Shown here: piece by piece, positions 31,170-42,934 of the stretch
How positions within the stretch are numbered: the first letter of the stretch is position 1
Layout of the letters: each line of letters opens with the position of its first letter
NCBI GenBank assembly: GCA_009914755.4
Contig: CP068257.2
Location: forward strand, 8,640,001 to 8,704,000
Direction of reading: 5' to 3'
Source of the DNA: the human T2T-CHM13v2.0 reference genome, Homo sapiens
Length of the DNA: 64,000 nucleotides
Position numbers and translations under genes: made by a program
Notes under the pieces: generated by a model
Databases searched by the model: none
The model's input: only the letters and a program-made list of their open reading frames with translations
What the model was told of the DNA's origin: nothing

Positions 31170-32712
31170 GTATGTATTCTGTGAGGTGTGTGCAGGTGTA
31201 TGCATGATATGTGTGTGTGGTCTGTGTGTGTAGTAGGTACATGGTGTATGTATATGAGTGTGTGTGGTGTGTATTGTGGCTGTTATGTGTGCATACTGTG
31301 TGTAGCATGTGGGTGGTGCATGGCATGTATATGTGCTGTGTTTGTGGTGTATGTGTGTGTGGTGTGTATGTGTACTATGTGAGATGTGGTGTGCATGTGA
31401 TATGTGTGTGTGGTGTATGTGATGTGTGTGTTTTCTATGTGTATGGTGTTGTGTGTGTGCAGTGTGTGTAGTGATTGATGTGTGCTTGATGTGTTTGTAG
31501 AATGTGTGTGGTGTGGGGTGTGTATGTGAGGTATGTGTTTGCTCTATGTGTGTGGTGTTGTAGGTACGTGTGCAGTGTGTGGGGAGTATGTGTGGGTTGT
31601 GTGGTGTGTGTGGGGAGTATGTAGGGGTGTGTGATGTCTATGTGGCGTGTGGTGCTGTATGTGTGTGATGTATGTGTAGTAGATTCATGTGTGTGGTGTG
31701 GGGGTGTGTGCACATGTGCACATACTGTGTGGTGTATGTGGTGTCTGTGGGGGTGTGTGTGTGCACATGGTGTGTGTACAGTGTGTGGGGTGTGTGCATG
31801 TATACATGGTGTGGGTGCAGTGTGGTGTCTCTGTGTGTGTGGTGTCTGGGGTGTGTGTGCATGTGCACATGGTGTGAGTGTGTGCTGTGTGCATGTATAC
31901 ATGGTGAGCTGTGTGCAGTGTGTGTGGTGTCAGTGTGTGGGTGGTGTCTGGGGTGTGTGCATGTGTACACAGTGTGTGTGCAGTGTGTGGTGTGTGTGTA
32001 CTTGTGAACATGGTGTGGTGTGTGCAGTGTGTGTGAGGTGTGTGTGCAGTGTGTGTGGTGTCTTGGTTGTGTGTACAGTGTGGTGTCTGTGGGGTGTGTG
32101 TGCACGTGCATGGTGTGTGGTGTGTGTGCGTGTGTACATGGTGTGTATGCATTGTGTGTGGCTTCTGCATGTGAGGTGTTGTGCATGTGCACATGACGTG
32201 GTGTGTGCAGTGTGTGGTGTGTATGTGGGTGTGTGTGTGTGCACATGGCATGTGTGTAGTGTGGTGTCTGGTGTGTGGTGTGTGTGGGGTGCATGTGTGC
32301 ACATGGTGTTTGTGTGCAGTGTGTGTGGTGCCTGGGGTGCATGCGTTCACATGGCATGGTGTGTGCAGTGTGTGTGGTGTCTGTGGGGTGTGTGCATGTG
32401 CACATGGTGTGTGTGCAGTGTGTGGGGTCTGTATGGGGTGTATGCATGTGCAAATGGTGTGTGTGCAGTGGATGTGGTGTGTGTGGGGTGTGTGCAGTGT
32501 GTGTTGTGGGGTGTGTGTGCGTGTGCACATGGTGTGTGTGCTGTTTGGTATCTGTGGGGGGTGTGTGTGCACATGGTGTGTGTGCAGTGTATGGTGTCTG
32601 TGTGTGGGGTGTGTGTGCATGTGCACATGGTGTGTGCTGTTTGTGTGGTGTCTGTGTGTGAGGTGTGTGTGCGGGTGCACATGGTGTCGTGTGTGCAGTG
32701 TGTGTGTTATGA
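31170..32712. repeat. GT-rich degenerate minisatellite, ~1.5 kb; (TG)n-derived units of ~40-55 bp
   Basis: Recurring units such as ggggtgtgtgtgcatgtgcacatggtgtgtgtgcagtgtgtggtgtctgtgg. The 361-aa plus-strand and 469/331-aa minus-strand ORFs are Cys/Val- or His/Thr-rich repeat translations. Confidence 0.95.
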
Positions 32713-34019
32713 GTGACTGTTTCTCTTAGCATGTGGACATCAGTCTTCCAGACCAGCTTTCTCCATGTGTCTGGGAACATAAGAAACAAGTTTCTGCAAT
32801 AATTATTACACAACTTTTCCAGAGAGGGACCAAATTTCTGTCGTAAGTGGTTATCTGCGTCATTTCTCAGGAGGGAATGTGATGTCCTGGCTTGGCTCAC
32901 ACCCTCTGTGGGTTTAGGCAGGGTTCCTGCTGGATCCCTCACTGTGGCCAGAGAGGGAGGGCTCTGTTTCACCACAGGGCACCAGAAGAGGACTGGTGTG
33001 CGAAAAGACCAGGTAATCATAATGCTATTAATAATAGCAGTAATCATACTGTTTTATATATTATATATGTCATAAGGATTTTAACTTTCATGTAACATAA
33101 TTGCTATAAAAATTTCCCGTTTGTTTTGTGCTATTTACCTGGTGTTGAAATGTGTAACAATTTACATTTTAGGTACGTTAGGTTTATTCCTTTTTATATG
33201 GTTTCTGTTTGAAATTTTGATTTTAGAAGACATTCATTCTCAAGGTCATAAAACACACACACATCTGATTTTCTTTTCTTTTCTCTCTCTTTTTTTTTAC
33301 GTTTAATACTGGAATTAACTTTTATGGAAAGTGTGGGACAATGATTCAATTCTATCATTTTATATTCTCAAATCATTACCCAATATTTTAATACCATAAA
33401 TAGAACAATCGCTCTGTTTTGTGGGTTTAAAATGTTACCCTGTTACTAGATAAAATTACACTCAATTTATGTGTTTTTAATTCTCTTTCATTAATGTGTT
33501 TATTTTTGTGCCATTTCAAATTTGTTTAATTTTGAATAGTGATAATAATCTTAAACATCTTTTAGTAAATTTTATAATATTGGCTCTCATTGTGTGTGTG
33601 TTCAATATATGGATTTAAAATCACATGTTCTTGTTCGAAAATATTTTTATTGGAATTTTTAGTGGAATTTGAGCATATTTTTAAATGATTTACAGCAAAC
33701 TAAAAAGCTAATATTTTTGAGTCCTCTCATCCAGGATGTGACATGCAAATTCCTCAAACCTCCTTTAATGCCATTTATTCAGAATTAATATGTTAAATCA
33801 ATATAAATTAGTATAAATGAGTATAACTAATGATTAAAATAAATTAATGTGTTTGGCTCCACTTTTCTGTCTTCTGCCTCCTATCACTGATGTTTTATTC
33901 CTATCCTTGTTGTTTTCTATAGTTTCTTTTATTATGTCTTTTTCAGTCTTGTGATTTGAAAACTATATGACACATTGTAATGTTTTAATTTTTCTAATTT
34001 TTTGTTTTTAATTTTAACT

Positions 34020-34868
<849 letters not shown>

Positions 34869-34894
34869 AGTTTTTGTTTTAAGAACTGCAGACA

Positions 34895-35203
34895 AGCTGG
34901 GTGCAGTGGCTGAAGCCTGTAATGGCTGCACTTTTGGAGGCTGAAGTGCCTGGATTGCTTGAGCCCTGGAGTTCAAGACCAGCTGGGCAACATAGTGAGA
35001 TCCCGTCTCTACAAAAAAAAAGTATTAAAAAAAATAGCCAGGCATAGTGCTGCATGCCTGTAGTCCCAGCTACTCAGGAGGCTGTGGCAGAAAAATCACT
35101 TGACCCAGCAGTTTGAAGCTGCAGTGAGCTGTGATCATGCCACTGCACTCTGGCCTGGGCAACAGAGCGAAACCCCATCTCAAAACAAAGAACAACAAAA
35201 ACC
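34895..35203 (+). mobile_element. Alu, full length, sense
   Basis: agctgggtgcagtggctgaagcctgtaatggctgcacttttggaggctgaagtgcctggattgcttgagccctggagttcaagaccagctgggcaacatagtgagatcccgtctctac...gcactctggcctgggcaacagagcgaaaccccatctcaaaacaaagaacaacaaaa. Confidence 0.9.
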
Positions 35204-35423
35204 TACAAGCATACTCAGAGATATTGTGGGTTTGGTTCCATACAACTGCAACAAGGCAAATGTTACAACCAAAAACCTACAAGCACACCTCAGAGATAGT
35301 GTGGGTTTGGTTCCAGATCACTGCAATAAGGCAAATGTTACAACCAAAAACCTACAAGCACACCTCAGAGACAGTGTGGGTTTGGTTCCAGACCACTGCA
35401 ATAAGGCAATTGTTACAATCAAA
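35201..35423. repeat. three tandem copies (~74 bp each) of the Tigger1 terminal inverted-repeat end
   Basis: acctacaagca[tc]ac[tc]cagaga[tc]a[tg]tgtgggtttggttcca..cactgcaa[ct]aaggcaaatgttacaaccaaaa repeated at 35201, 35275 and 35350. Each copy begins with the TA then caagcatac terminus. Confidence 0.8.
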
Positions 35424-35659
35424 TTAGTTGCATAAACATTTTCTTTCCCAGTGCTTATTAAAGTTATGCTTAAACTATATTGTAGTCTAATGAGTATTTA
35501 ATTATTAATTAGTAATTAATAGCATGTCTAAAATCTGTGTGCATACCTTAAGTTAAAATACGTCAGTGTTAAAAAATGCTAATGAATATCTGAGCCTTAC
35601 CAAGTCATAATCTTTTTGCAGGTGAGGGTCTTGCCTCTATACTGATGACTGCTGGCTAA

Positions 35660-35956
35660 TCAGTGTGGGGGCTGCTGAAAGTTGAATGCCTGTGTCAACT
35701 TCTTCAAACAATGAAGTTTGTTCCTTTCACAAAAGATTTCCCTGTAGCATGTGATGCTGTTTGACAGCATTTTATCAACAGTAGAACTTCTTTCAAAATT
35801 GGAGTAAACCCTCTCAAACCCTGCTGCTGCTTTATCAACAAGGTTTGTGGAATATTCTAAATCCTTTGTAGTCATTTCAACAATGTTCATAACATCTCCA
35901 CCTGGATTATATTCTGTCTCAAGAAAATATTTTCTTTGCTCGTCCATAAGAAGCAA
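35660..35956 (-). pseudogene. Tigger1 (pogo-like) transposase ORF remnant
   Basis: Minus-strand 98-aa [83 protein letters not shown].. resembles the Tigger1 transposase C-terminal region. No intact full-length ORF. Confidence 0.5.
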
Positions 35957-36505
35957 CTCCCTATTTGTTCAAGTTTCATCATGAGTTTACAGCAATTTCA
36001 TCTCACCTTAAGGCCCTAATTCTAATTCTAGTTGTCTTGCGATTTCTACCACGTCTGCAGGGACTTCCTCCACTGACATCCTGAGCCCTCAAAGTCATCC
36101 AAGAGGGCTGGAATCAATTTCTTCCAAACTCCTGTTAATGTTAATATTTCAACCTCCTCCCATCAATCACAAATGTCCTTAATGGCCTTTAAGGATTGCT
36201 AGTAAGGACATTTGTGATTCACAGGAGGAGGTTCAAATATCATGAAAGGATTAATGGTGAATCCTTTCCAAAAGGTTTTCAATTCAGTTTATCCAGATTC
36301 ATCAAAGAAATCACTATCTATGACAGCAATACCTTTACAAAATACATTTATTAATTAATAAAAACACTTGAAAGTCAAAACCACTCCTTGATCCACAGGC
36401 TGAAGGTAAATATTGTATTAGCAGCCATGAAAATAACATTAATTTTCAAGTACATCTCCATCTAAGCTTCTGGGTAGCTAGGTGAATTGTCAATAAGCAG
36501 CAATC

Positions 36506-36889
<384 letters not shown>

Positions 36890-37259
36890 TGAGCAGTAGG
36901 TCTCAATAGTGGGATTAAAATATTCAGTAAACCATGCTCTTAACAGATGCACTGTCACCCAGACAGTGATGTTCCATTTCTAGAGCACAGAAAGAATAGA
37001 TTTTGCATAATTCTTAAGGGTCCTGAGGTTTTCAGAGTGGTTAATGAGCACTGGCTGTAACTTAAAGTCACCAGCTGCAGTGGTCCTCAAAGAGAGTCAG
37101 CCCATCCTTTGAAGTTTTGAAGCCAAGCGTTGACTTCTCTCTAGCTATGAAAATTCTACATCTTCACTAAGCTTAATCATTTCTATCTCTGGACTTAAAG
37201 TGAGAGACTTGCAAGTCTTCCTTTCTTTTGCGTTCTTTGAGGCCACTGTGGTTACTAAT

Positions 37260-38330
37260 TAGCACCCCCGGTGGGTGTCACCCTCCTCCCTCCTGTATTG
37301 AGTTCGCCCGGGAATTGCGCTTCCCACACCCCAAATGCCCTGCACGCCTGGGGCTCTCCCACAGGGGGCTTTCGTGGGCCAGGGAGCAAGGGCCATCCCC
37401 CTGCTCCAGCCCAGCCAGGCTGCGCAGGCAGAAGGACTCTCCCAACCTGCCCGGGCATGTGGGGCTTTGTGTTCGCTGCCCTGGCTTCTCCGGAACTGGG
37501 GCTCTCCCATCTTCAGACTCCCTGCTGGCCTCTGCACCCCAACAAATGACAGGAAGACCAGAACCCGCAACGCGACGGCCTGCTGGGCGCATGCTCAGTG
37601 GGACAGCTTTGGCCCCCTCAATCTGAGTCACAGGGGCAAGGTGTGCTTGCGCCACCCACATCCCACCGGAGTCCGTGATGGGGCTGGAGCCCCAGGGCGG
37701 CGTGGGAACCTGAAGATGGGGCACCTCCACCTCAGGAGCTCGCGACCCCGGAGACCTCAGCGTCAAGCACAGATGCCAGCCAACCGGGCACCTCCCAACC
37801 GCTCCAGGAGCCCGGGCGCTTGTCTGCACTCACCTCCAGCCTGTTAGATGAGCTCCTGTCAACCCCAGTTTCAGCAAAAGGCACAACCTTTCCTAGATCC
37901 GGCACCATTGGGGGAGCTGAAGGACGTGGAAGAGCACGCTTTGCTGGAACCACTCCTCAGCCAGGAAGAACACAGGGCTCTTCTGGAGGAGCAGGTTGGG
38001 GCGGGATGGGGGCAGGGTGGCGGCCTCTCTTTCGCGGCGAACCTCAGGCTTGGTATGGAGAGGCCTGTCTTCCCTTCCAGCTGACCTGCCTAGGATCCCT
38101 GTGTTCCAGGTCCACCGAGAGACTCCACACAGAGGAGGGCTGTCAAGAATGGCAAGAAAAATTCCTGAGCATCCTGGGGATCCCAGGGCCGGTACAGGTA
38201 CCGGGAGGTGGGCTGTCTACTGCGCATGCACGGGTTTCCAGGCAGCAGCCTGGGTTTTCTAACTAGCGGAGGCGGAGCTCTCATCCCTTTTGCCCCCGCG
38301 TTCTTCAGTCGGGTTGGCGGAGACCTAAGT
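37260..38330. promoter_or_regulatory. CpG-island-like segment (high GC, frequent CpG) beginning where Tigger1 ends
   Basis: Dense CG dinucleotides, for example cccgggaattgcgcttcc, gcaacgcgacggcctgctgggcgcatgctc, gggcggcgtggg, ctcgcgaccccggag. This contrasts sharply with the AT-rich flanks. No TATA box is evident. Confidence 0.5.
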
Positions 38331-38519
38331 CCGTGAAACACTGGGCCGGGGCAGAAGCCAGGCCACTTCTTTCTGCGGCTCGACTCCTCTGCCTCTTCGC
38401 TCTCCATCACTTGCCAACCCGTGTCCCGCCAGCCTCCTTGCCAGCACCATGGAGGGCCTTGCAACTAAATGTAGACCCGAGACCCCGTGCAAACAGGGGT
38501 GCTGCCCTTTCCAGGCGAG

Positions 38520-38760
38520 AGGGAAGGCAGGCAGAGATGAGGACAGGAACGAAGACAGAGTGAGATGGAAGGATGGAGCTAGGAAAGGATGGGTGGAAGG
38601 AGGGACCCCGGAAGGGAGAGAAAGAAGGAGGGAGAAATGGAGGGAAAAAACGGGGGAGGGAGGGAAGAACAGAGGGAAGGATGGACCTAGGGACAAAAGG
38701 AGCAAGAAACAGAGAACGGAAGGCAGAGAGAAAAATGGTCTTCTGCCTCCAGAACCAACA
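38520..38760. repeat. GA-rich low-complexity block (GGAA/GGGA-like)
   Basis: ggaaggatggagctaggaaaggatgggtggaaggagggaccccggaagggagagaaagaaggagggagaaatggagggaaaaaacgggggagggagggaagaacagagggaagg. Confidence 0.8.
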
Positions 38761-39440
38761 GGACCCAGCACTCCGGGAAAATGTTGGGTGCCCAGAGCGG
38801 GCTAAGTGCTGAGCCCACAGCCCCATTGGCCGGCGGGGCACTCCGCGGCCCTCTGGATCGCCAGCCTGGGTTACTTCATCCCGGAGCAATTCAGACCAAT
38901 TCCGTTTCCAAAGGAATGAGCGAATTTCCCAGAAAGAAATGAGCCGAGACTCAGGTGGCTGTCTGTTTTTCATCCACATGGTTCACAGATGACATATCTC
39001 CACGTTGAGCCCTGCAACAGAGCGCGAGGCGGATAGTAGCATCCACACAGGAGTCACACTCAGGCCAACTGAAGCGTGATTCTGGATTCCACTTTTCTTT
39101 GCCCTCTGCAAAGGTGCCTGTTGCTCAAGTTTCTGCCCCCCGAAAGCGTGCCCATGTTGAGTGTTTGTTTCCCAAGCTCTGTGGGGCCGCAGAAAGTTCC
39201 AGGAATGCGTGGAAGACCAGCATCATGTCGGTGCTCTCCTTTCCAGTTTTCAAACAGGCTATATTGGAGACTCCCCATTTTGCAGGAAACAGGAATCCAT
39301 CGTCAGGCCGTGATGCACGGGATGTTTCTTTTCTCTGTGGTTTCGCTCTCGTTGTCTACGTGAAAATGAACGAGATCCACACACCTGCGGGTGTGAGACT
39401 ATCACGGCAACTGTCACACCCACTCGCTGGCAATAGAGTT

Positions 39441-40463
39441 GGCAGCCTGATCCCGGGACAAAGGTACTGATGGACATCCAGACACACCCCACCACAATCA
39501 CTGGCAAACTCACTCCCAAACACAGACACACACGGGCATATGCGCGGGATCACAAGCACACACAGAGACACAACAAGACCCAGACAGCTTGAAGGAGAGC
39601 AAGGGACAGAGGGATGGCAAGATAAAAACGGAAGGAGAGAGAGAAACAGCCATCCAGAGACAGACAGAGAGGAACAGGGGAGATTGAGAGAGAGAGAGAG
39701 AGTGAGAGCAAGGTGGAGAGGGAAGTAGAGAAAGGGAAAGGGTGAGGGAGCTAGAGAGGGAGAGCAACAGAGCCTATCTGGTAGACAGGGGCCCCTTTGG
39801 CCAGGGTAAGGTGGAGGGTGCTTGGGCCGGGCTGGAACAGAGGGACAGAGCCGCCCACGCGGGACAATCAACGGAGCCCTGAGACGTGATTTTACTTAGA
39901 TTGGTTGGTTGTTTTGGGGGTGCTTTTCGTAGCGTCATTCCTTTGTTGGCTTCTCCCTGTCCTCTTGGTCTGTGGGCCCTGAAAGTTGTAGAGTGCGCCC
40001 CTCACTGTGGCAGGAGCAGTGGCGCTGAGCGTACCCACGGGTCGCGGCTTGGGTCTCTCTCGTTTTCCAGGTGGTGTGGCCGTAGACAATGGCAGTGGCG
40101 CCTGGCTGGCTCAAGAGCCCGGTCCAGCTACGCCCGCCTGATTCCAGGCGTCACCACCAACCGCGGGCCGCGAGGCTGGGATCAGGCACCCCGGAGCCGC
40201 TTGCCCGTGGCCGGGCTGCTCTCCCCCTCTAGGCCCAAACACCACCAGTCGCCGCGCTGCGCTTTCCGCCAACCTCCCAGAGCGTCCCGCTGTCGCCGGC
40301 GGCCAGACCACGCGCGAGACCGCCGAGGCGCCAGAGGCCTCCATCCCCTGCCAGGGCTCTGGACTCTCCAGGCAGCCACTCTCTCGCTGACACTCCAGGC
40401 CTTACCCCCGCTCTCGAGCCCCAGAGCTTCCAACACCTGGGGCCCGCTCAGAACGGGGTGTGC
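39441..40463 (+). repeat. GC-rich duplicon copy A (~1.0 kb) of a local tandem duplication
   Basis: Begins ggcagcctgatcccgggacaaagg..ctgatggacatccagacacaccccacca..cagcttgaaggagagc..GA-rich..ggtggagggtgcttgggccgggctggaacag..gggacaatcaacggagccctgagacgtg..ttggttggttgttttgggggtgc.. and ends ..gcccgctcagaacggggtgtgct. Collinear with copy B. Confidence 0.75.
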
Positions 40464-40746
40464 TCTGAGGCATCAGGGCCCAGGGCCCAGGGTCCTAGGG
40501 TCCCCTCCAGTCCTCCGCCTGGCTGCGGAAAAATTATTTTGGATCCCTCGCCGCCCCTCCTGCGAGGCCCCCTCTTGCCCCGCACACCCAGAGCCGCCAG
40601 GGCTGCCCAGGGGCGAACAGCCGGCCCAGCCCCACGGGCCCTTTTTCTCACAACGCTCACACCATCTTCGCTTGTTCCGACGAGGACCCGCCGTGGCCAA
40701 CGGGGCAGGAAGGCTCTGCTTTGCCCAGCGCCGGCACTAGAGCCCT

Positions 40747-42925
40747 GGCAGCCTCATCCCAGGAAAGAGGGGCTGACGGACACCCAGATACACCCCAGCA
40801 ACACCACGAGCAAACCCACCCTGACACACACACGGACACACACGGGTGCACGTGCGCAGACACACACACACACGGACACACACACACCGCACCCGGGCAC
40901 ACACACACGGACACACAAAGACACAGACACAGATAGCTTGAAGGGAGACCACACCTCATATTGTCTTATGCCCAATTAATGCCTCCAAAGAAAGAAGAAG
41001 TAAAATCTAAAAGGCAGAAATGAAATCCACAGGCAGACAGCCCTGCGCCACACCCTGGGCCTGGTAGTTAAAGATCGACCCCTGACCTACTCGGTTATGT
41101 TATCTATAGATTACAGACATTGTATAGAAAAGCACTGTGAAAATCCCTGTTCTGTTTTGCTCCGATCTAATTACCGGTGCATGCAGCCCCCAGTCACGTA
41201 CCCTCTGCTTCCTCAATCCATCAGGACCCTCTCACGCAGACCCCTTTAGACTTGTAAGCTCTTAAGAGGGACAGGAATTGCTCACTCTGAGAGCTAGGTT
41301 TTTGGAGACACGAGTCTGCCGATGCTCCCAGCTGAATAAAGTCCTTCCTTCTACAACTCGGTGTCAGGGTTTTTTCTGCAGCTCCTCCTGCTACAGAAGG
41401 AGAGAAAGGGAGAGAGTGATGGAGAAATAGAACCAGAGGGAGAGAGAGAGACAGTGATAGAGAGAGAGACAGAGAAGGGGGGAGGAGAGACAGAGAGGGG
41501 AGAAGAGAGAGCGCCACAGTAGAGCGCGAGGTGGAGGGGGAAGTAGAGAAAGGGAGAGGGTGAGGGAGTGGTAGAGTGACAGCAACAGAGCCTTAGAGAG
41601 GGAGGCTCTGCTCAGGTAGACAGGGCACCTTTCAGCAGGCCGGAGTGGGGTGGAGGGTGCTTGAGCCGGGCTAGAACAGGGTGTCAGGGCCCCACACCCG
41701 GGAAAACCAACGGAGCCCTGAGACGTGTTTTTTTTTTTTTTCTTGAATTGGTTGGTTGCTTTGCGGGTGCGTTTCATATGGTCCTTCCTTTGTTTGCTTC
41801 TTTCTGTCTCCTTGGTGCGGTGGGCCCCGAGATTTGTTGAGTGTGCCCGTTTGTCTGGAGAGAGCCGTGGTGCCAAGCGTGTCTACGGGGCAAGGCCTGT
41901 GTCTCTCTCCTGTCCTCAGGACTGGAGTTCACACGAAGTCGGTGGCATTGGAAAACCGGGTGCACAGGGACGGATTTCCTCGTGGCTGGCGAAGACTGTG
42001 TCCTTCCCCTGGGGAAAGCAGACCACGGGTTCTGGAGCGGAGGTCTTGGCTGCGGTCTGTGGGACCCGCTGCCCCTACCCGCCCCTTCACCCGGCTTGGA
42101 CGGTTGCGGCGTCGCTGGATGAATGAATAGAATTGTCTGGGAGTCCGGGGAGCGTGAAGACACCTGGGAACTCGGGGAACCCGCGCCTGCGCCCTCGGGG
42201 TCGTCCAGTCCCGCCCGGGTTGGAGCCGGGCTCCTGGTGGGGCTGCCGCGAGTCCGAAAAGGTGGGATGCTGCTGCCTGGCGGTGCTGCAGTGGCGGATC
42301 TTCAGGAGGAGGTCCTGGGCTTCGGCTGGGGCGCGGGGGCTGTCAAGGGGGAGCAGAGGAGGGGGGCGGTTGGGAAGCACAGAGACAAAAGGGGAAAGAG
42401 GGAGGGAGCAGGAAGCCAAAACCTTATGGTATCCGATATTACCAGGCAGAATCCCATCCAAGTACTAACCAGGACCGACCCTGCTTAGCTTCAACAGATC
42501 AGAGGCGAGCGGGCGCGTTCAGGGTGGTGTGGCCTAGACGCCAGGCAGCGGCGTCTGGCTGTCCCAAGAGCCTGGCCCAGCCACGCCCGCACGACTCCAG
42601 GCGTCACCGCCACCCCGGGGCCGCGGGTCTCGGATCCGGGACCCCCAGAGCCGCTCGCCCGTGCCCCCGGGCAGCTGTCTCCCTCTACACCCGAGCACCG
42701 TCGGCTTCCCAGAGAGTCCCGCCGTCACCGGCGGCCAGGCCTGGCTCAGGACCAATGTGGCACCGCCCTGATGTTGCTGGGGGGCGCCGGAGGCCTCTGT
42801 CCCCTGCCCAGGCTTCCCGCTCTCGGGGCGGCCTCCCTTCCGCCCACGCTCCAGTCCTTCCGCGAGCTCCCGAGCTCCGAAGCTTCCACCACAGCTGCCG
42901 GCTCAGGACGGGTCGTGCTTATCCC
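40747..42925 (+). repeat. GC-rich duplicon copy B (~2.2 kb), equal to copy A plus two copy-specific insertions; truncated by the L1 at 42935
   Basis: Begins ggcagcctcatcccaggaaagagg..ctgacggacacccagatacaccccagca..cagatagcttgaagggagacc, and contains ggtggagggtgcttgagccgggctagaacag..ccaacggagccctgagacgtg..ttggttggttgctttgcgggtgc.. Ends ..gctcaggacgggtcgtgct. The extra segments at about 40955-41397 and 41921-42523 are absent from copy A. Confidence 0.75.
40955..41397 (+). mobile_element. possible solo-LTR-like insertion specific to duplicon copy B
   Basis: Ends with gctcccagctgaataaagtccttccttctacaactcggtgtcagggttttttctgcagctcctcctgctacag, an R/U5-like AATAAA followed by ctcggtgtc. No family assignment. 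Confidence 0.25.
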
Positions 42926-42934
42926 TTAACTTTT

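Noticed and set aside
31435-33047. Very long ORFs of 361 aa (plus) and 469/331 aa (minus): Cys/Val/Trp-rich or His/Thr/Pro-rich
   Set aside because: They are frame translations of the (TG)n-derived minisatellite, with extreme low-complexity composition, and overlap on both strands. They are not coding.
40760-40950. CA-rich tract with embedded CpGs (cacacacggacacacacgggtgcacgtgcgcag..) as a separate element
   Set aside because: It is part of duplicon copy B and an expanded version of the shorter CA-rich stretch in copy A at about 39480-39560. It is low-complexity expansion rather than an independent feature.
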